From Candidatus Paceibacter sp. (GTDB lineage: Bacteria > Patescibacteriota > Patescibacteriia > S139-126), in NCBI GenBank assembly GCA_020724865.1, contig DYGA01000002.1, positions 98,657-162,656 on the forward strand: a stretch of DNA of 64,000 bases. The letters run 5' to 3'. Each line of letters begins with the position of its first letter. Positions within the stretch are counted from its first letter, which is position 1. The position numbers were made by a program, and so were the translations under genes. Positions 8,898-20,365 of this stretch are shown piece by piece. Under the pieces are notes generated by a model. That model ran no database searches. It was not told where the DNA came from and was given only the letters and a program-made list of their open reading frames with translations.

Positions 8898-10658
8898 ATG
8901 ACCTCAACCAGATTTTCTGAAAATTTAATAGAAATTTTAGTTAAAAATAACCAGCTAAAAAGTGAACAGCTGGCTGATTTTAAAGCGCAAATTGCGCAAG
9001 GCAAAGATTTTGAAGAGGTAGCTAAAGCTATGGGTATTAGTGAGGAAGCAATTGCCAAAGCTCAAGGTGAATTTTTCAATTTACCGTATATTGATTTATA
9101 CAATCAAAAAGTTTCCAATGATATATTAAATATTATTCCCAAAGATTTAGCGCAAAATTATCAATTGGTTCCTTTTGAGTTTGATAAAAATACCAAACAT
9201 TTAAAGGTAGGAATTGTTGATCCGGGCGATTTTAAAGCTATAGAAGCAGTAGAATTTTTAGCTCGTAAAAATAATTATCGGGTAGAATATTTTGTTATTA
9301 CTAAAACCGCTTTCAAACACACAGTCAAAAATTACGAATCTTTAAAAACAGAAGTTAAGAAAGCCTTAGATATTGTTGAAGATAGATATCAGAAAAAGAT
9401 TGCTGAAGAAAAAGAGGCTGAAGAAGAAAAAGATTTTGAAGAAGTTATTAAATCAGCCCCAGTATCCAAAATGGTAGAATCGATTTTAAAACATGCAGTT
9501 GAAGGCAATGCTTCTGATATTCACATAGAACCGGCTGAAGATGGCACTAGGGTAAGATATCGTATTGATGGCGTTTTGCATACATCTTTGCGACTACCAA
9601 AGCATTTACATAATTCTTTGATTAGCCGTTTAAAAGTTATTTCCAATTTAAAAATCGATGAAACCAGAGTGCCTCAAGATGGTCGTATCAGAATAGAAAT
9701 TGGTGGGAAAAAAGTTGATTTACGTATTTCTTTTTTACCACTTTTCAACTCAGAAAAAGTGGTATTGAGAATTTTAGATGTTAGTAACAAGGTTATTACT
9801 TTGGAAGAACTTGGATTTTGGGGAAAGGGGTTGGAAATATTAAATGAAAATATAGACAAGTCAACTGGTATGTTTTTGGTTACTGGTCCAACCGGTAGTG
9901 GTAAATCCACAACTCTTTATGCAGTGTTAAATTTACTCAATAAAGAAGGAGTAAATATTCTTACCCTTGAGGATCCGATTGAGTATTATTTAGATGGTAT
10001 AAACCAATCTCAGGTAAATACAGAAGTTGGTTATACTTTTGCCAATGGTTTACGGGCTGCCCTTCGGCAAGATCCTGATATTATTATGGTGGGAGAGGTC
10101 CGTGACAATGAAACTGCTGAATTAGCTATCCACGCTGCTTTGACTGGTCATATGGTATTATCCACCTTACATACCAATGATGCTATAGGAGCAATTCCGC
10201 GGTTAATTGATATGCATATTGAACCATTTTTATTAGCTTCCACCCTAAATGTAGTAATTGCGCAAAGGCTGGTACGAAAAATTTGTGAATTTTGCAAAGA
10301 AGAGGTAAATGATATACCGGAAAAAATCATCGATCAGGTGAAAAAAACTATTGTTGAAGTAAATCCTATACATTTGCCAAAAGATTTGCAGGATATGATA
10401 CATCGTGAAGATTATAAGTTTTATCGTGGTCGCGGTTGTCCGCGTTGTGGTGATTCTGGTTATCAAGGACGACTGGCGATTGTAGAAGTTTTGTCAATGA
10501 ACGACGACTTGAAAAAAGTTTTAGAAAACGGCAAATTGGAGGAAATTGAACAGGTATTTATTGAGCAGGGTCTGCCCAATATGCAACAGGATGGTGTGAT
10601 AAAGGTGTTACAAGGTAAAACTACCATGGAAGAAGTCTTAAGAGTATCCAAAGAATAA
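8898..10658 (+). CDS. pilB: Type IV pilus assembly (extension) ATPase PilB/GspE family, canonical motifs.
   Basis: Walker A GPTGSGKSTT, Asp box ILTLEDPIEY, Walker B DPDIIMVGEVRD, His box LSTLHTND, C-terminal tetracysteine CEFC...CPRC. Confidence 0.9.
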   Translation: MTSTRFSENLIEILVKNNQLKSEQLADFKAQIAQGKDFEEVAKAMGISEEAIAKAQGEFFNLPYIDLYNQKVSNDILNIIPKDLAQNYQLVPFEFDKNTKHLKVGIVDPGDFKAIEAVEFLARKNNYRVEYFVITKTAFKHTVKNYESLKTEVKKALDIVEDRYQKKIAEEKEAEEEKDFEEVIKSAPVSKMVESILKHAVEGNASDIHIEPAEDGTRVRYRIDGVLHTSLRLPKHLHNSLISRLKVISNLKIDETRVPQDGRIRIEIGGKKVDLRISFLPLFNSEKVVLRILDVSNKVITLEELGFWGKGLEILNENIDKSTGMFLVTGPTGSGKSTTLYAVLNLLNKEGVNILTLEDPIEYYLDGINQSQVNTEVGYTFANGLRAALRQDPDIIMVGEVRDNETAELAIHAALTGHMVLSTLHTNDAIGAIPRLIDMHIEPFLLASTLNVVIAQRLVRKICEFCKEEVNDIPEKIIDQVKKTIVEVNPIHLPKDLQDMIHREDYKFYRGRGCPRCGDSGYQGRLAIVEVLSMNDDLKKVLENGKLEEIEQVFIEQGLPNMQQDGVIKVLQGKTTMEEVLRVSKE

Positions 10659-10659
10659 T

Positions 10660-11040
10660 ATGTCAGCCAAACCCACCGTAATGATAGTTGAAGATGATCA
10701 GTATTTATTATCCTTGTATGCCAAAAAATTTGGCGATGCTGATTTTATTGTTTATTCCGCTCGCGACGGCATGACAGCATTGCGAAATTTAGAAAAATAT
10801 CATCCTCAAGCCGTAGTAGTTGATCTCAATATTCCAGAATTGTCAGGATGGGATTTGCTGGAAATGATAGCCGTAAGTCCAATGCCCAAACCAATTTGTG
10901 TGATACTTTCCAATTATGATCGAACGACCGCTCAAGAAAACAATACTATACCTGACATTGTTAAAGATTATTTTGTTAAAATAAACACTGATCCTGAAGA
11001 ATTAGTCCAAAAGATAAAAAGTTATATAAGTAAAAATTAA
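10660..11040 (+). CDS. Stand-alone response-regulator receiver (REC) domain protein (PilH/PilG-like position).
   Basis: MIVEDDQ acidic pocket, VVDLNIPELSGWDLL phospho-acceptor Asp region, ILSN and a conserved Lys near the C-terminus. Confidence 0.8.
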   Translation: MSAKPTVMIVEDDQYLLSLYAKKFGDADFIVYSARDGMTALRNLEKYHPQAVVVDLNIPELSGWDLLEMIAVSPMPKPICVILSNYDRTTAQENNTIPDIVKDYFVKINTDPEELVQKIKSYISKN

Positions 11041-12110
11041 TGCAGACAACTTTAAATATAACCTTAAATAGAATTTTAACTATCCTAGCTGAGCGGCAGG
11101 GTTCTGATTTGCATTTGGTGGTAGGTTCTCGACCCATGATGAGATTACATGAAGAATTGATAGAATTGTCAGAAGAAGAGGTAATAACCAATGATTTTAT
11201 TCAAGGCGTAATTGATATACTACTCACTGAAGAACAAAAACAGTTGTTAGGGAGTCGACGAGAGATTATTTTTGCTTATGATTTTGGCGATCGGGCGCGT
11301 TTTCGTGTAGATGTTTTTTACCAAAAAGGTTTTCCCTCAATAGTTTTTCACTATATTCCCGTAGTTGTAAAACCTTTATCTGAACTGGGATTTCCGAAAA
11401 GTGTAGAAAAATTGACTCAGGAAAGAAGCGGTCTGGTGTTGATAGGCGGACCTTATCGAGCGGGTAAAACAACCACCATGGTTGGATTTATTGAAAGTAT
11501 CAATCGTACCCAACGTAGAAATATTTTAACTTTGGAACAACCCATTGAACATGTTTTAATAAGTAATAAAAGTTTAATTCAACAAAAAGAAGTTGGTAGT
11601 GACGTTGAATCATGGCTAGAAGCTTTGGAAATAAGGGAAGAGGATGTGGATGTACTGATGGTGACTCGTGTTAATAGCCCACGGATAATGTATCGACTTT
11701 TGGAAATTGCCAATAGTGGGGTTTTAGTGTTTATGCCTTTAGAGGGAAATAGTATTGGTCAGCTTTTACATAAAATAATTGAAGATTGTCCGCAAGAAAA
11801 TCGTGAACATTCAAGATATTTATTGTCCAAAGTTTTTCGGGGAGCAATTATTCAAAAACTGCTTCCCAGTATTGGTGGGGGCTTGGTATTGGCAATGGAG
11901 ATTGTCTTTTCTAGCCCAGTAATAGCAGCTGCTATCAAAGAAAATAAATTAGCACAGCTTTCCAGTATTTTATTGACTTCACGCGAACAAGGAATGATTT
12001 CCATGGATCGTTATATTGCAGAACTTGTTAGATCTGGACAAATCGATCAAAGTGTAGCTTTGCAGGAAGTAAATGATCCGGAAAATTTAAAACGGATATT
12101 AAGATCATAG
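11040..12110 (+). CDS. pilT: PilT-family (retraction-ATPase-like) protein with degenerate catalytic motifs.
   Basis: Aligns end-to-end with PilT (ARFRVDVF, GGPYRAGKTTT Walker A, IGGGLVLAMEIVFSSP). The Asp box is LEQPIEH, the Walker B Glu position reads VLMVTRVNS, and the His box reads PLEGNS. Confidence 0.85.
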   Translation: MQTTLNITLNRILTILAERQGSDLHLVVGSRPMMRLHEELIELSEEEVITNDFIQGVIDILLTEEQKQLLGSRREIIFAYDFGDRARFRVDVFYQKGFPSIVFHYIPVVVKPLSELGFPKSVEKLTQERSGLVLIGGPYRAGKTTTMVGFIESINRTQRRNILTLEQPIEHVLISNKSLIQQKEVGSDVESWLEALEIREEDVDVLMVTRVNSPRIMYRLLEIANSGVLVFMPLEGNSIGQLLHKIIEDCPQENREHSRYLLSKVFRGAIIQKLLPSIGGGLVLAMEIVFSSPVIAAAIKENKLAQLSSILLTSREQGMISMDRYIAELVRSGQIDQSVALQEVNDPENLKRILRS

Positions 12111-12113
12111 TTT

Positions 12114-13319
12114 ATGCCTTTTTTTCAATATCGAGCCAGAAATTCCCGTGGTGAAATTGTACAAGGTTCTGTTGATGCACCTTCAGAAAACGTAGCGTCA
12201 TCAATCTTAGTTGATCGTGGATTGATAATTTTGTCATTAGTAGAAAAAGAAAAAAGTTCTTTAAATATTGATTTGCCGTTTTTAAATCGTATCAAAAATA
12301 AAGATATAGTTGTTTTTTCCCGGCAACTGGCTGTGATGGCTTCAGCTTCAGTGCCGATTGTCCAAGCTTTAAAAATTTTAGTCAATCAGACCAATAATCC
12401 TAGGCTGAAAGTAATTATTTCTGAAGTGGCAGATGAAGTTGATGGTGGCGCGAAACTTTCCCAAGCTTTAGGCAGATATCGCAAAGTATTTTCAGATTTT
12501 TATGTGGCGATGGTCAGATCCGGTGAAACTAGTGGTAAATTGGATGAAGTATTAAATTATTTAGCTGATCAACAAGAAAAAGATTATGATTTAACTTCAA
12601 AAATAAAAGGCGCCATGATTTATCCGGCTTTTATTTTAAGTGGTTTAGTGGTAGTGGCAATAGTAATGATGATATTTGTAGTGCCAAAACTTACGGGAAT
12701 TATTGCTGAATCTGGAGCCGAATTGCCATTTACCACCAGAATTTTGATAGCCGTGTCTGATTTTATGAAAAATTATTGGTATATATTGATTGGAGTTGTC
12801 GGCGGCGGGTTTTTTACTTTATTTAAATTGACCAGAAAAGGACCCGGTAAAATTTTGTATGATCGGTTAAAGTTGAAAGTACCTATTTTTGGCAAACTTT
12901 GGCAACGTATTTATCTGGTGCGGATGACCAGATCTTTATCAACTTTGATTGTTGGTGGAGTGCCCTTGACTACAGCTCTTGAGGTGGTGGCAGATGTGGT
13001 TGGCAACGACCTCTATAGGACTTTGATTAAACAAACTATCAAAGAAGTGGAAGATGGTAACAGTGTGGCGACTTTGTTTTTAAAAAGTAAAGAAGTGCCT
13101 CCGATGGTTTCGCAAATGATGTCAGTGGGAGAACAAACTGGAAGATTAGAACAAATTTTGTTTAAAATTACCGATTTTTACGCTCGGGAAATAGAAAATT
13201 TAGTGGCCAATATGGTTAGTCTAATTGAACCTTTGATAATGGTATTGATGGGCGTGGGAGTTGGGCTTATGGTGGCTGCTATCATAATGCCAATGTATCA
13301 GTTGGCTAGTAGTTTTTAA
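12114..13319 (+). CDS. pilC: Type IV pilus inner-membrane platform protein PilC (two T2SS-F domains).
   Basis: 401 aa, duplicated GspF-like segments, three TM regions; synteny. Confidence 0.9.
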   Translation: MPFFQYRARNSRGEIVQGSVDAPSENVASSILVDRGLIILSLVEKEKSSLNIDLPFLNRIKNKDIVVFSRQLAVMASASVPIVQALKILVNQTNNPRLKVIISEVADEVDGGAKLSQALGRYRKVFSDFYVAMVRSGETSGKLDEVLNYLADQQEKDYDLTSKIKGAMIYPAFILSGLVVVAIVMMIFVVPKLTGIIAESGAELPFTTRILIAVSDFMKNYWYILIGVVGGGFFTLFKLTRKGPGKILYDRLKLKVPIFGKLWQRIYLVRMTRSLSTLIVGGVPLTTALEVVADVVGNDLYRTLIKQTIKEVEDGNSVATLFLKSKEVPPMVSQMMSVGEQTGRLEQILFKITDFYAREIENLVANMVSLIEPLIMVLMGVGVGLMVAAIIMPMYQLASSF

Positions 13320-13374
13320 AAAATTTTTCAGACAAAAATATTTAAGTTAGAATATTTTTTAAATAAATGATTGC

Positions 13375-13403
13375 TTGTAGTTTTTTTGAAAATGTGCTAT
13401 AAT
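13375..13403 (+). promoter_or_regulatory. Candidate sigma70 promoter with extended -10 (TTGTAG-N17-TGcTATAAT) for the major pilin gene.
   Basis: TGcTATAAT at 13395..13403, -35-like TTGTAG at 13375..13380; ~130-nt leader to the pilin ATG contains an imperfect 10-bp stem (TGATTTTTGC / GCAAAAGTCA). Confidence 0.35.
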
Positions 13404-13537
13404 TAATTACAGTTAAAAGGTCGGATATTAAATTATGAATATTTTTAAAAAATAAATTAAAAAAAAATGATTTTTGCCACCGTGGTTTGTCCTGTAGCAA
13501 AAGTCATTTTCACAACTAGAAAGGCAGGTGAAAATTT

Positions 13538-13987
13538 ATGAATAAAAAAGGTTTTACTTTAATTGAACTTTTGGTGGTTATTGCTATAATTGGTTTATTG
13601 TCAACTTTAGCGGTAGTATCCCTAAACAACGCTAGAGCTAAATCTCGTGACGCCAAAAGAGTTTCTGATATTAAACAAGTTCAAACTGCTTTAGAGTTAT
13701 TTTATAATGATAATAATGGTTATCCTACTACAACTGTTACAGGTTCAGGTGGTGATGTAATGCCATCTCCAACTGCAGGTAACCCAGCTTGGTCAACTTA
13801 TATGGGTGTAAATCCGCAAGCGCCAACTCCAGCTGATGGTAATTGTACAGGTGGTGCAACAGGCAATAATAGATATGTTTATGCAGCATCAAGTTCCGCA
13901 ACTTATACAATAACATTTTGTTTAGGTGGAGCCACTGGACAATTGCCAGACGGAGTTAGAACAGCTACTCCAGCCGGTATTCAATAG
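13538..13987 (+). CDS. pilA: Type IV major pilin (PilA-like) with class III signal peptide.
   Basis: MNKKGFTLIELLVVIAIIGLL: cleavage-site G followed by F and Glu+5 in a hydrophobic helix. Confidence 0.85.
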   Translation: MNKKGFTLIELLVVIAIIGLLSTLAVVSLNNARAKSRDAKRVSDIKQVQTALELFYNDNNGYPTTTVTGSGGDVMPSPTAGNPAWSTYMGVNPQAPTPADGNCTGGATGNNRYVYAASSSATYTITFCLGGATGQLPDGVRTATPAGIQ

Positions 13988-14079
13988 ATTTGAATTAATT
14001 TTACAACTATTTACTACTACCCCGACTATCCGTCGGGGTAGTTTTTAATAAATCAGGTAAAAATGTTATAATTAGTTAG

Positions 14080-14865
14080 ATGACTACATTATTGATTTTT
14101 ATTTTTGGTACTTTGCTGGGCAGTTTTATCAATGCTCTGGTTTATCGGCTTAAAAATAATTTTAGTTTTGTATTTTCCCGGTCACATTGTCCCAAATGCA
14201 AAAGTATTTTAGCTTGGTATGAACTTATTCCGATAGTAAGTTTTTTGTGGCAACGGGGCAAATGTACCAAATGCCAGCAAAAAATTTCTTGGCAATATCC
14301 TCTGGTTGAGATTGTTACTGGCTGCTTGTTTGTTTTAATCTATCAAACAAAAATTATAACTCCGCAAATTTTACCAGTCAGTTATGTGGATGTGGTGCAT
14401 ATCAGCGGTTTATTCATATTTACGGTTTGGTTATTGATTATTTTTCTGTATGATTTTAAGTATTATTTGATTTTGGATAAAATTACTGTTCCGGCTATGG
14501 TTTTAGCTTTGGTGTGGCAGTTGGTGCTTGATTTTTCTTTTGGACGTTTGTTGAATATTTTGCTGGCTGGATTGGTTGGTGGTGGGTTTTTTTTACTGCA
14601 ATTTTTGGTTTCCCAAGGCAAATGGATTGGCGGCGGGGACATTAGGCTTGGGGTATTGATGGGCTTGTTGTTGGGTTGGCCACAAGTATTGGTGGCATTA
14701 CTACTTGCTTATGTGATCGGGGCTGGAGTGGCGATAGTTATGGTATTATTAAAAAAGAAGCGCTGGGGCGAACACATACCTTTTGGTACGTTTTTGACCA
14801 TAGGTACTTTTATTGCCTTGTTGTGGGGGGATATAATTATAAAATGGTATCTGGGTCAATTATGA
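14080..14865 (+). CDS. pilD: Prepilin peptidase PilD (peptidase A24) with N-terminal zinc-binding CxxC...CxxC.
   Basis: CPKCKS...CTKCQQ, catalytic Asp regions (LYDFKYY, GGGDIRLG), 7-8 TM. Confidence 0.9.
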   Translation: MTTLLIFIFGTLLGSFINALVYRLKNNFSFVFSRSHCPKCKSILAWYELIPIVSFLWQRGKCTKCQQKISWQYPLVEIVTGCLFVLIYQTKIITPQILPVSYVDVVHISGLFIFTVWLLIIFLYDFKYYLILDKITVPAMVLALVWQLVLDFSFGRLLNILLAGLVGGGFFLLQFLVSQGKWIGGGDIRLGVLMGLLLGWPQVLVALLLAYVIGAGVAIVMVLLKKKRWGEHIPFGTFLTIGTFIALLWGDIIIKWYLGQL

Positions 14866-15479
14866 AATATTTTAATTCTAAAAATAGACAAGCTTTTACT
14901 TTACCAGAATTGCTGGTAGCAACGGGGATTTTTTTGATAATTTTATCTATCACTATGGCCAACTTGCGTCAGGGCAATCAAACTAGCGAGTTGAGACTTA
15001 AAGCATTGGAAGTAGCTAATGATATTAGGCGGGTACAAAATAATGCTTTAGTGGCTTTGCCTTTAGCAAATGGTACTATACCTGATCATTGGGGCATACA
15101 TTTTGTCAGTAGTAGCCCCCAATACATAATTTTTGCTGAAACTGCTGGTAGTCCTAATTATAATTTTATGTATAATGCTGGTGAAGCTGTACAAACTATT
15201 ACTTTACCCAATAAATTTATAATTTCGGCAATGAATGATCCGGAAACTTTGAACTGTTCGGGTAAAATTTGGGCTAATAATATGGATATAGTTTTTACCG
15301 TGCCAGCGGGCCAGATATTTTTCAATGGTGTTCAACCATTGAGCGCTTGGGAAACTGGTGCTTGTGGGGATTACAACCCGGGTTGGGTAAATTTAAAATA
15401 TTTGCCAACTGGTCAAAGTATCAATATTGAAATAAACTGGATTTCAGGGAAAATTACCACTACTGATATAATTAATTAA
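14862..15479 (+). CDS. Minor pilin / pseudopilin (prepilin-type N-terminus).
   Basis: ATG at 14862 overlaps the pilD TGA stop (ATGA). N-terminus MKYFNSKNRQAFTLPELLVATGIFLIIL. The longer ORF-track start at 14676 lies inside pilD and is rejected. Confidence 0.7.
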   Translation: MKYFNSKNRQAFTLPELLVATGIFLIILSITMANLRQGNQTSELRLKALEVANDIRRVQNNALVALPLANGTIPDHWGIHFVSSSPQYIIFAETAGSPNYNFMYNAGEAVQTITLPNKFIISAMNDPETLNCSGKIWANNMDIVFTVPAGQIFFNGVQPLSAWETGACGDYNPGWVNLKYLPTGQSINIEINWISGKITTTDIIN

Positions 15480-16088
15480 ATGATAAAAAATAAGAAAAAT
15501 TTATTAGGCCAAGGTTTAATGGAAGTAATTGTGGCGATTGCTATTATAACTACCGGTATTGCAGGTACGATCACTTTGACTTATTCTAATTTGCGTAGTA
15601 ACGAAACTTCTTTCAACCAAATAGTTGCTGCCAATTTAGCCCGAGAAGGAATTGAAGTAATAAGAAATATACGCGACGAAAATTGGCTGCAAGGAAAAAC
15701 TTGGATACAGGGGCTTAAAAATACTACCAGTAATACTACAGATTATGATGGTAATATAAATTTTGATAAAGCCACTAAACGTTGGAGTCTTGATTTGACA
15801 AAAAATGGTATAACTGAAGGCAGATTATATATAGATGCTGACGGTATTTATAATCATACAAACGGTACCCCAACACCTTACTGGCGCAATGTGGAGGTGA
15901 GAGTTATTTTGTGTCAGTTTAAAAATGATCGTAATAACATTGAGGCGGTCGACGGCAATTGTCAAAATTATGCCGCTTGGGAAGCGGTGGGTATCAAAGT
16001 GATAAGTAATGTCCAGTGGCAAGAAAAAGGTCAAACCAAAACATATCGTTTAGAAGAAAATTTATATAATTGGCATGATGCTTATTAG
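15480..16088 (+). CDS. Minor pilin-like protein (atypical prepilin N-terminus).
   Basis: N-terminus GQGLMEVIVAIAIITTGIAG (Gly then hydrophobic helix with Glu); synteny. Confidence 0.55.
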   Translation: MIKNKKNLLGQGLMEVIVAIAIITTGIAGTITLTYSNLRSNETSFNQIVAANLAREGIEVIRNIRDENWLQGKTWIQGLKNTTSNTTDYDGNINFDKATKRWSLDLTKNGITEGRLYIDADGIYNHTNGTPTPYWRNVEVRVILCQFKNDRNNIEAVDGNCQNYAAWEAVGIKVISNVQWQEKGQTKTYRLEENLYNWHDAY

Positions 16089-16671
16089 TAAAAAAAATCA
16101 AACCGGTTTTACCCTAATGGAGATAGTGGTAGGTTTAGCGCTGTTTGGCGTGGCTTTGATTGCTTTGACTGATATTTATCTACTCTCCCAAAAGACTCAA
16201 AATAAATTGGTAGGAGAAACCAGAATTCAAGCTGATGCCAGATTCGTTATGGAGGTTTTAGCTCGCGAAATAAGGATGAATCTGATTGATTATACCGCCA
16301 TAGATCCGGCAGATTTTTCACCGGCTTTAGGTTATTTGCCTTTAATTGATGTGGCTGGTAATCGTTTGGTTTTTATGACAACTTCATCGCCGGCAATTTG
16401 TGAACCAGGAACTGCTAGTTGTTTAGCTGTAAAGCAAAATGATTCGGCTTGGGCTAGTATTACTCCCAGAGGAGTAAATATATTGAAATCTGAATTTTAT
16501 ATTTATCCAGAAGCTGATCCTTATACCATTGTCGGCAATCAATATGCAGCCAGTAGTACTCCTAGAGTAACTATCATCTTATCTTCAGAAAATATTACCA
16601 GTAAACAAGCAGAAAAAAATATACAAAATTTACAAACCACTGTATCATCGCGAGTGTATAAAAGATTTTAG
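16075..16671 (+). CDS. Minor pilin (prepilin-type N-terminal cleavage/methylation domain).
   Basis: QTGFTLMEIVVGLALFGVAL; start overlaps the preceding gene by 14 nt. Confidence 0.75.
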   Translation: MMLISKKNQTGFTLMEIVVGLALFGVALIALTDIYLLSQKTQNKLVGETRIQADARFVMEVLAREIRMNLIDYTAIDPADFSPALGYLPLIDVAGNRLVFMTTSSPAICEPGTASCLAVKQNDSAWASITPRGVNILKSEFYIYPEADPYTIVGNQYAASSTPRVTIILSSENITSKQAEKNIQNLQTTVSSRVYKRF

Positions 16672-16674
16672 TTT

Positions 16675-19571
<2,897 letters not shown>

Positions 19572-19595
19572 AAAAATATTTTTATTTTTACTTTT

Positions 19596-19772
19596 TGCAG
19601 TCCCGCGGTCGCGGGATAGTCAAAACTTCCGATCAGCTCTGTTGTTCAGGTAAAATTGCCAATCTGCTCGTGCGCTTCTTAAAATTCGCTGCGTTTAGTT
19701 GAGAGAGGTATATTCTGTTCTCTTTTTGGCAATTTTTCACTTCAGGCAACGGAAGGTCAGCAAGAAATTTTA
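19596..19772 (+). ncRNA. Candidate structured non-coding RNA (identity unknown) in the ligA-gatC spacer.
   Basis: GC content well above surroundings. Nested helices CTTCC(19626-30)/GGAAG(19761-65), GTTG/CAAC, an 11-bp stem AAAATTGCCAA(19652-62)/TTGGCAATTTT(19736-46), plus internal hairpins; followed by a terminator at 19826-19851. Confidence 0.25.
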
Positions 19773-19825
19773 ATTAAGATTAAATAATTTAGTATTAGTT
19801 TAAAATTTACAGTTTAAAATTAAAA

Positions 19826-19851
19826 AGCTGTCTGGTTGACAGCTTTATTTT
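19826..19851 (+). terminator. Rho-independent terminator-like hairpin.
   Basis: AGCTGTC-TGGTT-GACAGCT then TTATTTT. Confidence 0.5.
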
Positions 19852-19866
19852 AATTTTTTTAAAAAA

Positions 19867-19945
19867 GGGCAGGGCTGGCATGGGTGGGGGTATGTTGCCA
19901 ATCTTATAAGGATTCATCATCCCTACTGAAGATTACGCCCTGCCG
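19867..19945 (+). ncRNA. Second structured element (three-way-junction-like fold). Could be a cis-regulatory RNA upstream of gatC or a small RNA.
   Basis: P1 GGGCAGGGC/GCCCTGCC encloses TGGCA-N15-TGCCA and a nested ATCTT(GGAT-N5-ATCC)AAGAT hairpin. T7 run 12 nt downstream. Confidence 0.25.
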
Positions 19946-20083
19946 CGTTTAAAGAGCTAGTTTTTTTATATTAGCTTATCAAAAAAATATGTCAAGTCCG
20001 TTTTGGATTTAACTGTGATATTTTATATTTTTATCTTTTAGCCTATAGGTTGGCTTTTTTTGGTTATTTGTTAAAATAATATT

Positions 20084-20365
20084 ATGATTGATAAAAAACA
20101 AATTGAGCATTTAGCCAGACTTTCCCGGATAAGTTTATCCTCAGAAGAAATAATATCATTTCAGCATCAGGTGGCTGATATTTTAAATTTTGTTTCAATA
20201 TTACAAAAAATTGATACTTCCGACATCATTCCCAGTTTTTATTTAGCTGAGCAAACAAATTTTCGTGATGATGAAATTAAAGTTTTTCCAGATAGAGATA
20301 ACTTAATATCAGCTATGCCAGAAAAAAAAGATAGTTTATTAAAAATTCCTAAAATATTTTCATGA
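20084..20365 (+). CDS. gatC: Glu-tRNA(Gln)/Asp-tRNA(Asn) amidotransferase subunit C.
   Basis: 93 aa; size, sequence pattern and position immediately upstream of and overlapping gatA. Confidence 0.8.
   Translation: MIDKKQIEHLARLSRISLSSEEIISFQHQVADILNFVSILQKIDTSDIIPSFYLAEQTNFRDDEIKVFPDRDNLISAMPEKKDSLLKIPKIFS

Noticed and set aside
13440-13480. Possible sigma54 (-24/-12) promoter TTGCCAC-N5-TTTGTC upstream of the major pilin, as in many pilA genes.
   Set aside because: The critical GG of the -24 TGGCAC element is GC here and the -12 TTGC is not intact. An extended -10 sigma70-type promoter upstream explains expression better.
14676-14861. Longer ORF-track start for the first minor pilin (MATSIGG...).
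   Set aside because: It lies entirely inside pilD in another frame. The prepilin signal peptide begins at the ATG that overlaps the pilD stop.
19590-19960. Tried to assign the ligA-gatC structured region to RNase P RNA, SRP RNA (CAGG...GGAAGG...AGCA resemblance at 19752-19772) or 6S RNA.
   Set aside because: No P4 pseudoknot consensus (GGAAAGUCCGG / ACAGAAACCCGGCUUA) was found. The SRP domain-IV similarity does not give a consistent helix with a GNRA tetraloop. Identity is left open rather than forced.
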